Of a stretch of DNA of 61,722 nt, positions 18,806 to 26,374 are shown one piece after another; positions within the stretch are counted from its first letter, which is position 1, and each line of letters starts with the position of its first letter. The notes under the pieces were generated by a model that saw only the letters and a list, made by a program, of their open reading frames with translations, was not told the origin of the DNA and did no database searches. A program made the position numbers and the translations under genes. The DNA comes from Chitinophagales bacterium. GTDB lineage: Bacteria; Bacteroidota; Bacteroidia; Chitinophagales; S012-47. The stretch spans positions 1 through 61,722 of the forward strand of contig JALSIH010000123.1 in NCBI GenBank assembly GCA_026981615.1, in the 5' to 3' direction.

Positions 18806-20888
18806 TGCTAAAACGGTAATTTATCGTAAGGCCCATCTTTACATCTATGGAATATGTGTCGTAGATGCGAACATGGCTTCCGCAATTTGCCGGCAGATCG
18901 CTTGTATTCAACCAGCTCTTAAAGATCAGTTCATCGGCTGTTTTAAGATTCTCAAATTGTGATGCCCCGATCTCGCTCACGAGTTCGATAACTTCTTTCT
19001 TGCCGGCCCGGCAAGTCTGCTCATCAATGGCAGCCGCCCTGATCTGCCGCCTCCGGTCAAAGAGGGAATCGATGAGCACGCCCCCCCGGTAGATATATGC
19101 CTGCACTGCGGCCGTGAGCGGAAAGCCATTGCCAATCCGGCTGCTGATTTGCACGGATTCTACATTTGCCAGTTCTTCATCTGACGGGAAGTTGAAATTG
19201 AGATTTCCTGAAAGGCGAAGGCCTCTTGCGATGCCTGACAACGGCATTTCGAGGTCGGCATATACCTTAAAAGTGGAGCCGTAAGAAGCAAAATCCTGGT
19301 ATAAAAGGCGGTTTCCGTCCGGATTGATGTCCACCTCCAGATCCATGTCAAGATATCGCGGCAGACTTTCGATCATTTCCTTCACATTTGAGTTTTGCTC
19401 ATTGAGTGCAAAGGAAGACTCCCCCCTGCGAAAGGGATTCTTAAAAGCCCGCGGGATATCCTGAGGCGTTCCTATTATCGGGGCCTGAAGCTCGACAAAA
19501 TCACCGGCCACCGATTGCGTTCTGATCCGCTTCACAAGAATGCGGCTGTCTGCCCCTACTTCATTTTCAATACGAATGTTCAATGCCACCCCTTCCAGGT
19601 CGAGCGTGCCTCCTTCCAGGTATTTAAAAATATTCAACTCGCGATTTTCAATATTGTAGCTGATATGCTGCTGCCCGAAATAGCCCTCCACATAATCGGG
19701 GACAATGTCTTTAAGTCCGTAGAGTATTGAAACACTGTCAAGCAGGGAGATGTAAATCAATTTTCCCGTGCTGTCAATCCTGACGGCCAGCTCGTTGTAG
19801 AAAGTGTTCACCCGGTTATATGCCTTTCCCCTGAGATCAATGCTGTAACCGTCAAGGGGAATCTCCACATCAATGTTGGAAGCAGAGGTTGCGGTTCCCG
19901 GAGCTACAACAGCCAACTCATTGAGTTGAACACCATCAGGATCATTGGCATTGGGGATGCGGTAGTTGATATAGAGGCTGTCGTTGATGGTATTGAAAGC
20001 TGTTATTATCAGTTTTCCGCTTCGTATGGCCATGAAGGTAAACTCGGGGCCGTTCATATTGTAGACAATCTCCTTGGCCACATTTACCAGATTCTGAGCC
20101 GGGAAAACCGCTTCGGCCGCATTCAATTCCAGATCGCGTACCGTCATGGTGAGTTCGAGGGCATCGGAAGTGTCGATAGGTACAGGAACATTGCTGCTGC
20201 CGGGCGAGCTGATGTTGTTTATATCGACCAGAATCCGGCCTTCCAGTTTCTTGCCGCTGAGGTCATAGCTCAGCAAGATGCTTTCTCCCGGATTGATGCG
20301 GCTGACCTGGTCAGAAACGATGACGACTCCGTCACCGGCATTTTTCATACTGAAATCCAAGTTGGTAATCGGAACGGGCAGGCCGTTTTTTATCTGCAGG
20401 TCCATCCATCCGCTGCGCACATCGGCTGTCTTGAAGAGCTCGGTGGCATCCACGGGCAGATCGGTGGCACTCAGGCTGTTGAATGGCGGAATGGGAGCCG
20501 TATTGCCATGCAGTGCTATGATGAGCGCCCCGGTTCCCGATTGGTCGGAACGTGCAATAGCCCCCAGGGTGATGGGATAATACATGGTACGGTTGGGAAT
20601 ACGAAGGGAGTCAAGAGAGACTTTTTCGCGCAAGACCGTATCCGGCACTTTGAAGTAGTCCCTTGCCAGATGTAAGGCAAAGAGCTCATCAGAAAGAACC
20701 AGCCAGACCGAGCTGTCGGCCCGGGTCTGTCGTACACTGTCAGGCACGATATCGCTGACAAGCAACTCTCCCCGGGCCAGGGGCAGTGCGATCTCCGAGT
20801 TCCAGCTCACTTTCTTCCCGCAGGAAGAGAGCGACAGCAGAAACGGCAGGAAAAGCATTGGGAGAATGGCACGTTTTACTTGCTGCAT
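18798..20888 (-). CDS. hypothetical lipoprotein (696 aa)
   Basis: Lipobox LSLSSC after a signal peptide. Long beta-rich sequence without recognisable motifs. First gene of a tightly packed four-gene unit. Confidence 0.6.
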   Translation of the reverse strand: MQQVKRAILPMLFLPFLLSLSSCGKKVSWNSEIALPLARGELLVSDIVPDSVRQTRADSSVWLVLSDELFALHLARDYFKVPDTVLREKVSLDSLRIPNRTMYYPITLGAIARSDQSGTGALIIALHGNTAPIPPFNSLSATDLPVDATELFKTADVRSGWMDLQIKNGLPVPITNLDFSMKNAGDGVVIVSDQVSRINPGESILLSYDLSGKKLEGRILVDINNISSPGSSNVPVPIDTSDALELTMTVRDLELNAAEAVFPAQNLVNVAKEIVYNMNGPEFTFMAIRSGKLIITAFNTINDSLYINYRIPNANDPDGVQLNELAVVAPGTATSASNIDVEIPLDGYSIDLRGKAYNRVNTFYNELAVRIDSTGKLIYISLLDSVSILYGLKDIVPDYVEGYFGQQHISYNIENRELNIFKYLEGGTLDLEGVALNIRIENEVGADSRILVKRIRTQSVAGDFVELQAPIIGTPQDIPRAFKNPFRRGESSFALNEQNSNVKEMIESLPRYLDMDLEVDINPDGNRLLYQDFASYGSTFKVYADLEMPLSGIARGLRLSGNLNFNFPSDEELANVESVQISSRIGNGFPLTAAVQAYIYRGGVLIDSLFDRRRQIRAAAIDEQTCRAGKKEVIELVSEIGASQFENLKTADELIFKSWLNTSDLPANCGSHVRIYDTYSIDVKMGLTINYRFSNE

Positions 20889-20892
20889 CCTT

Positions 20893-20900
20893 CAAAAATA
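20893..20900 (-). promoter_or_regulatory. Bacteroidota -7 promoter box (TAttTTTG on minus strand), start codon 5 nt downstream
   Basis: The plus strand reads CAAAAATA. The box ends 4 nt before ATG 20888, which implies a leaderless or near-leaderless mRNA. Confidence 0.4.
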
Positions 20901-21022
20901 ATAAAGCATAAGCTGGCAATTGTCAAATGAATGTTTGCAAGTACCGTGCAACTTCCGGCAGCGGCCATCGTGCCCGCTGCACAGCATTGCAATAGCGTAT
21001 CAGTAATTAAGAATCTTCCGCC

Positions 21023-21044
21023 CCGGGACACTGCAATGCCCCGG
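21023..21044 (-). terminator. GC-rich hairpin abutting the peroxiredoxin stop codon (terminator-like, no U tract)
   Basis: 8-bp stem CCGGGACA / TGCCCCGG (one wobble) with a 6-nt loop. A second 7-bp hairpin GCAGCGG/CCGCTGC lies at 20958-20980. Confidence 0.3.
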
Positions 21045-21623
21045 TCAAACGTGAAGCGTCTCCTGCCCCGGCTCCCAGTTACATGGCACCAGTTCGCCAG
21101 TCTGCAGGGCCTCCAGCACACGAATTACTTCATTTACATTTCGGCCTACATTCAAATCATTTACAGAGACCCAGCGGATGATCCCTTCGGGGTCTACGAT
21201 AAAGGTGGCACGATAAGCCACTTTTTCATCTTTATTAAGAATTCCGAGGTCTTCAGCCAAAGATTTGCTGGTATCGGCAATCATCGGAAACTGGAGGTCG
21301 CGAAGATCGGGATGATCGTTTCGCCATGCCAGGTGTACAAATTCCGAATCTGTGGAAGCTCCCAGAAGTTGTGTATTCCGGCTTGCAAAGGCTTCGTACT
21401 GGCGGTTGAATTCGGCAATTTCCGTAGGACAAACAAAAGTGAAATCCTTGGGCCACCAAAAGATGACCATCCACTGGCCATTCCGGATATGCTCTTCGCT
21501 GTCGACCGTTGCAAATTCTTTCCCTGCTTCTATCGAAACGGTGGCTTTCTTGCTGAACGAAGGGAATTTCTCTCCCACTTGTAACATGCGCTTGCATTGA
21601 TTCATTTCTGCATTCATAATCAT
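21045..21623 (-). CDS. typical 2-Cys peroxiredoxin (AhpC/Prx1 subfamily)
   Basis: FTFVCPTEI peroxidatic Cys and VPCNWEPG resolving Cys. Start moved to ATG 21623 because the longer ORF would contain the promoter box. Confidence 0.9.
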   Translation of the reverse strand: MIMNAEMNQCKRMLQVGEKFPSFSKKATVSIEAGKEFATVDSEEHIRNGQWMVIFWWPKDFTFVCPTEIAEFNRQYEAFASRNTQLLGASTDSEFVHLAWRNDHPDLRDLQFPMIADTSKSLAEDLGILNKDEKVAYRATFIVDPEGIIRWVSVNDLNVGRNVNEVIRVLEALQTGELVPCNWEPGQETLHV

Positions 21624-21638
21624 ATTTTTTTTTGCCTG

Positions 21639-21646
21639 CAAAAGTA
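21639..21646 (-). promoter_or_regulatory. Bacteroidota -7 promoter box (TActTTTG on minus strand) for peroxiredoxin
   Basis: The plus strand reads CAAAAGTA, 16 nt upstream of ATG 21623. Confidence 0.5.
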
Positions 21647-21747
21647 AATACACTTCTATTTTTTTATGCAAAAAGAAGATGAATTCTTTGCTGAGGAGCT
21701 ACTTTAACCCCAATCAGAGAATAGACCTTTGGCTTTTAAAGTATTCT

Positions 21748-21755
21748 TACTTTTG
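21748..21755 (+). promoter_or_regulatory. Bacteroidota -7 promoter box (TActTTTG) for MBOAT gene
   Basis: Exact match 27 nt upstream of ATG 21782. Confidence 0.5.
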
Positions 21756-21781
21756 CAAGCATCATTTCTGATTGATTTGGC

Positions 21782-23212
21782 ATGCTTTTCAACTCATTTG
21801 AGTATTTTCTTTTTCTGCCTCTGGTTGCAGTGCTGTACTATCTGCTGCCCCAGCGCTATCGATGGGCCCTGCTCCTGCCTGCGAGCTACTTTTTCTATAT
21901 GTACTGGCGCCCCGAATACGGTCTGCTTCTGCTCATCTCAACCGCCATCGACTACTGGGCCGCCATAGGCATGGCCAAAAAGCCCGGCAAAAAGGCCAGG
22001 CGGCCCTACCTCTGGCTTAGCCTGATCGCCAATCTTTCCCTCCTGATTTCTTTCAAGTATCTCGGCTTTATCAACGAGAGCATTCGTGAAATCTTTTCTG
22101 TTTTTGATTTTGGCAGCACCCCTTCGCAGTTCGATATCCTCTTGCCGGTAGGCATTTCTTTTTATACTTTTCAAACACTGAGCTATACCATTGATGTGTA
22201 CCGGGGGCGAAGGCCGCCCGAAAAACATTTTGGCATATTTGCGCTTTACGTGTCCTTCTTCCCACAGTTGGTAGCCGGCCCCATCGAAAGGAGTACGACT
22301 CTCCTGCCCCAATTTCACCGCAAGGTACATTTTGATATCAACCGCATTCTGAACGGGAGCAAATTGTTTGCCTACGGGCTTTTCAAGAAAATCATTCTGG
22401 CCGACACCCTTTCCATTTATGTGTACCAGATCTTCAAAAATCCGGGCTTGTATGACAGTCCCACCCTGGCCCTTGGTGTGGCCGCTTTCGGTTATCAGCT
22501 CTACCTTGATTTTTCGGCTTATACGGACATGGCCATCGGCTCGGCCCAGATACTGGGTTTTGATCTGATGAGCAACTTTGAGCGCCCGACCCGTGCCAAA
22601 TCCGTCAGAGAATTCTGGAGCCGCTGGCACATCTCGCTGACTACCTGGTTTTTTGACTATGTGTACAAGCCCATGGCCAAAAACTGGCGCTGGCCCTGGT
22701 ATGTCAATATCGTCATTGTCTTTGCACTCATCGGCCTCTGGCACGGAGCGGGTTGGGATTTTCTGCTTTTCGGCCTGGTCAATGCAGCCGGCTATATCGT
22801 TTCGCTGTGGATTGATGAGATGAGCCTTGCCCACCGGGTATTCGACCGCAAATGGATCAAAAAAAGCATCGGGCTCTTTCAAATAGCCTTCACATATGTG
22901 ACGCTCGGCTTTTCACTTGTTTTTTTCCGGGCCGATGGCATTGGCGGTGCCTGGCAATATATTCAGGCCTTTTTTGACAACCTCTACATTCCTTTTACAG
23001 GCATCACCCTGGCCAGCCTCGATGCTTTTCTTCTCCTCACCGGCTGGCCGCTTTTCCTCCTGGTTCAGTGGCAAAGAGACTTCAACTCCAAGGCTCCGCT
23101 CAATGCAATAAAGCCCCGTTGGCTCCGTTGGGGCGTCTATTATTACCTGCTTTTTTATCTCATTTTCTTTGGCGGGCGATTCCTCAAAGAATTCATTTAT
23201 TTCCAATTTTAA
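21782..23212 (+). CDS. MBOAT family O-acyltransferase (AlgI/DltB/PatA-like)
   Basis: N-terminal MLFNSFEYFLFLPL. About 10 hydrophobic segments. A conserved His in the FWSRWHISLTTWF context is typical of AlgI/DltB-type MBOATs. Confidence 0.85.
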   Translation: MLFNSFEYFLFLPLVAVLYYLLPQRYRWALLLPASYFFYMYWRPEYGLLLLISTAIDYWAAIGMAKKPGKKARRPYLWLSLIANLSLLISFKYLGFINESIREIFSVFDFGSTPSQFDILLPVGISFYTFQTLSYTIDVYRGRRPPEKHFGIFALYVSFFPQLVAGPIERSTTLLPQFHRKVHFDINRILNGSKLFAYGLFKKIILADTLSIYVYQIFKNPGLYDSPTLALGVAAFGYQLYLDFSAYTDMAIGSAQILGFDLMSNFERPTRAKSVREFWSRWHISLTTWFFDYVYKPMAKNWRWPWYVNIVIVFALIGLWHGAGWDFLLFGLVNAAGYIVSLWIDEMSLAHRVFDRKWIKKSIGLFQIAFTYVTLGFSLVFFRADGIGGAWQYIQAFFDNLYIPFTGITLASLDAFLLLTGWPLFLLVQWQRDFNSKAPLNAIKPRWLRWGVYYYLLFYLIFFGGRFLKEFIYFQF

Positions 23213-23215
23213 CCC

Positions 23216-24220
23216 ATGGCACGGCTCGAGTCAAAACTTAAAAATCCCTATATAAGGATCGCAGTCTTTGCCGGTATCTTTGTACTCCTTCACCTGAGCA
23301 TCCTCGGGGTGTTTTATAATTATGTGCAGTATCAGGCCAATCTTCGCTACCGGGTCGACAAAATGTTTAAAGCGGAGGCCGACACACTTGAGCACCTTTT
23401 CATCGGCTCTTCGCGCAGCAACAAAGCCATCGATACGGACTCTTTCCGTCATGCCTTCAAGTTTTTCGGCCCTACAGAGACCGCCCCCTACCATTATTAC
23501 CGGGCAAAGTACCTGCTGGAGCAGCACCCATACCCCATCCGGCAGATTATCTTTCCTGCAGAATACGGAGTGCTGGCTTTCAACTCACAACCCTTGCAGT
23601 ATCTCGGCCTCTACTGGAAACGCTATATCGATTTTGCCGAATTGGGAATGCATACGAATCACCCATTCTACTATATGGGGCTGGGTCTTAAGATTTCAAT
23701 CTTCCCCTATTATCAGCATCCGGCCGGCCTGCTGGTGCTGCGGGATTTGCGAAAAAACAAAGTCATCTGGCGCTACTTTCAGCGCCCCAGCTGGAAAGAC
23801 TACAGCCCGCTGGAACAAAATATGATCATGGCCTTTGTATTGGCGCGGCATTTTATTTTCGGAAGCCTCGTCAACCCCACGGGAGTCGACTACTTTGAAA
23901 TGATGACCCGCCTCGCTGACCCGGAGAGGGTGCAGCTGGTTTTCCTGAAATACCCGTTGCGCAAAGAATATTATGAAAATATCGAGCGGGTCGATCCCCG
24001 GGCGGCCCGCTACAACCGGTGGATCGACAGCCTGGTGGAGGCGACCCCCGGAGCCGCATTGCTGGATTGCATGAAATTGTATGACGAACGGCCCGAACTC
24101 TTTCTTGACCCGCATCACCTGAACAAAGCGGGAAAGGCCGAGTTTTCAGGGTGGCTGAGCGATACCCTGAATGCGCTGCTCCGCCAGTTTGATCGCAAAA
24201 AAGCGGACACCCCCGGCTAA
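23216..24220 (+). CDS. membrane-anchored SGNH/DltD-like protein, probable partner of the MBOAT
   Basis: N-terminal TM helix. FIGSSRS (candidate block I Ser) and a C-terminal FLDPHHLNKAG (DxxH, block V-like). Only 3 nt separate it from the MBOAT stop. Confidence 0.55.
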   Translation: MARLESKLKNPYIRIAVFAGIFVLLHLSILGVFYNYVQYQANLRYRVDKMFKAEADTLEHLFIGSSRSNKAIDTDSFRHAFKFFGPTETAPYHYYRAKYLLEQHPYPIRQIIFPAEYGVLAFNSQPLQYLGLYWKRYIDFAELGMHTNHPFYYMGLGLKISIFPYYQHPAGLLVLRDLRKNKVIWRYFQRPSWKDYSPLEQNMIMAFVLARHFIFGSLVNPTGVDYFEMMTRLADPERVQLVFLKYPLRKEYYENIERVDPRAARYNRWIDSLVEATPGAALLDCMKLYDERPELFLDPHHLNKAGKAEFSGWLSDTLNALLRQFDRKKADTPG

Positions 24221-25497
24221 ACAAGTGCTCCGCTGCGCAATATCAATTTCTCCCGTTCGGGACCGGTAGAAATCATGGATACCGGCACTCCGCATTCGGA
24301 TTCTATAAAACGGATAAACTTTTGCAGGGCTTCGGGGCAGTCGTCCATATCCTGCCAATGCTCCGATTCCGAAAGCCATCCTTCAAATGATTTGTAGACG
24401 GGTTGCGGTTTTTTATTTAGCATGTCAAATTCCCATTTTGGGGTCTGCTCCCCGCTTATCCGGTAGGCGATACCCGCTTTTATTTCGGCAAATTGATTGA
24501 GCACATCTACCTTGGTAAGTGCAATATCCGTGGTGCCCGAGAGCATGACGGCATATTTCAGGGCAGCCATGTCGATCCAGCCACACCTGCGGGGGCGCCC
24601 GGTCGTAGCGCCAAACTCTCCACCGGCTCTGCGCAGGCGTTCTCCCGTTTCATCGTGCAATTCAGTGGGAAAGGGCCCGCTGCCGACCCGGGTGCAATAA
24701 GCTTTGCTGATGCCGATGACTCTTTGTATTCTTTGGGGGGCAAGGCCCAGGCCCGTCAGTACGCCTGCCGTGATGGTGTTCGAAGAAGTGACAAAGGGAT
24801 AGGTGCCGTAATCAATATCAAGCATGGCTCCCTGTGCTCCCTCGGCAAGGATTCGCTTGCCGGCTTTGTCGGCTTCGTTGATATAATACTCGCAATCTGT
24901 CAATTGCAGAGAGCGGAGCATCTCAATGCCCTCCCACCATTCCGCCTCCATGGCTTCGAGGTCGAAATCATAGTCGTAGAGGCGAAGCAAATCGAGGTGC
25001 TTCTGCTTGAGGGCTTCATACATCTGATCAAAGCGATGGTACTCGATATTGCCGGCCCTCAGTCCGTTGCGACCGGTCTTGTCCATGTAGGCCGGGCCGA
25101 TGCCCCGCAGTGTGGAACCAATTTTCTCTTTTCCCTTGGCCTTTTCGGAGGCCGCATCCAGCACACGATGTGTGGGGAGAATCAGGTGGGCCTTTTTAGC
25201 CAGCAAAAGGCGCGGGCGCACTTCCAGCCCGAGGGCTTCGAGTTCTTCGATCTCCTTCGTGAGCGTGACCGGATCCACCACCACGCCATTGCCGATCACA
25301 TTGACGGCACGCGGATGAAAAATCCCGGACGGGATGGTATGCAGGACGATTTTTTTTCCGTCAATTACGAGGGTGTGACCTGCATTCGGTCCTCCCTGGA
25401 AACGGGCAATAATATCGTAGGAAGGAGCCAGTACATCCACAATCTTTCCCTTTCCCTCATCGCCCCATTGAAGGCCGAGTAATACATCAACAGCCAT
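24217..25497 (-). CDS. purA: adenylosuccinate synthase
   Basis: N-terminal GLQWGDEGKGKIVD P-loop and a full-length PurA pattern. Confidence 0.95.
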   Translation of the reverse strand: MAVDVLLGLQWGDEGKGKIVDVLAPSYDIIARFQGGPNAGHTLVIDGKKIVLHTIPSGIFHPRAVNVIGNGVVVDPVTLTKEIEELEALGLEVRPRLLLAKKAHLILPTHRVLDAASEKAKGKEKIGSTLRGIGPAYMDKTGRNGLRAGNIEYHRFDQMYEALKQKHLDLLRLYDYDFDLEAMEAEWWEGIEMLRSLQLTDCEYYINEADKAGKRILAEGAQGAMLDIDYGTYPFVTSSNTITAGVLTGLGLAPQRIQRVIGISKAYCTRVGSGPFPTELHDETGERLRRAGGEFGATTGRPRRCGWIDMAALKYAVMLSGTTDIALTKVDVLNQFAEIKAGIAYRISGEQTPKWEFDMLNKKPQPVYKSFEGWLSESEHWQDMDDCPEALQKFIRFIESECGVPVSMISTGPEREKLILRSGALV

Positions 25498-25509
25498 ATT
25501 TTCAGTTTA

Positions 25510-25854
25510 TCAGAGCGAGGAAAGATAGGTGGCAGCAGATTCAACATCATCGCGTATGACAAATACCGCACTGAGCTTGGTCAGTTCCAGCAGCTTCATC
25601 AGCTCGGGCGATACTTTTGCGAGTACCACCTCCCCTCCTGCTTTCCGGTACTTGGTCAGAATATTCAAGAGCAGATTCAGTCCGTTGCTGTTGATAAATC
25701 CGGATGAGCCCATTTCAATGACTATTTTCCTCGACCCGCCTTTGATCTTATCGGTGATGGCACTTAGTATGGCCTGGTTATGCTGCCCGGTTAGTACATT
25801 GCCTTTTACCGTGATGACATCTACCCCGTCATGTTGTTTGAATTCGTAGTCCAT
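25510..25854 (-). CDS. STAS domain protein (anti-sigma-factor antagonist-like)
   Basis: 114 aa. FINSNGLNLLL corresponds to the SpoIIAA DSSGLG region, with the Ser retained. Confidence 0.75.
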   Translation of the reverse strand: MDYEFKQHDGVDVITVKGNVLTGQHNQAILSAITDKIKGGSRKIVIEMGSSGFINSNGLNLLLNILTKYRKAGGEVVLAKVSPELMKLLELTKLSAVFVIRDDVESAATYLSSL

Positions 25855-25859
25855 GTGTA

Positions 25860-26327
25860 TCAGTTTTTATGCTCACAATCTGCCGTGCGGCAAGTGCCGT
25901 ACAATGTTAATGAATGATGTTGAATTTTAAAATTAAGCAAATTGCCTATAGTAGACTCTATCTCCTGCAATCTTGGATCACAAAACTCCAGCACACGATT
26001 GCAATCGAGACAAATCAGATGGTCGTGTTGTCTGAATCCGTAGGCCTTTTCGTATTGTGCCTGGCTGCTGTCAAACTGATGTTTGCTCACCAGATCACAT
26101 TGCAGCAGCAAATCCAGTGTGTTGTAGACAGTGGCACGGCTCAGACTGTGGCCCGCTTCCCTGAGACTTTGATAGAGCGATTCGGCATCGAAATGCTTAT
26201 CCAGACGATAAATTTCCTCCAGAATGGCATAGCGCTCACTCGTTTTTCGAAGGTGGTGCTTCTCCAGATATGCAGAAAAGATCCGTTTCACTTCTTCCAG
26301 CACGTGGTCATTTGCTGTGCTTCTCAT
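25860..26327 (-). CDS. Fur family transcriptional regulator
   Basis: Winged-helix N-terminal half. HDHLICLDCNRVLEF metal-site motif plus a C-terminal C....C pair. Confidence 0.85.
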   Translation of the reverse strand: MRSTANDHVLEEVKRIFSAYLEKHHLRKTSERYAILEEIYRLDKHFDAESLYQSLREAGHSLSRATVYNTLDLLLQCDLVSKHQFDSSQAQYEKAYGFRQHDHLICLDCNRVLEFCDPRLQEIESTIGNLLNFKIQHHSLTLYGTCRTADCEHKN

Positions 26328-26374
26328 AATCTTTGGCCAAAAAGGTTAAGCATGTAAAAATACTTAAAAGGCGC

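Noticed and set aside
21624-21671. 16-codon N-terminal extension of the peroxiredoxin ORF (track start at 21671)
   Set aside because: The extension would contain the TActTTTG promoter box, and it encodes a sequence not expected at the N-terminus of 2-Cys peroxiredoxins. ATG 21623 was chosen instead.
24493-25482. 329-aa ORF antisense to purA
   Set aside because: purA on the opposite strand is unambiguous. The antisense translation has no motifs and a skewed Arg/Gly/Ala composition typical of shadow ORFs.
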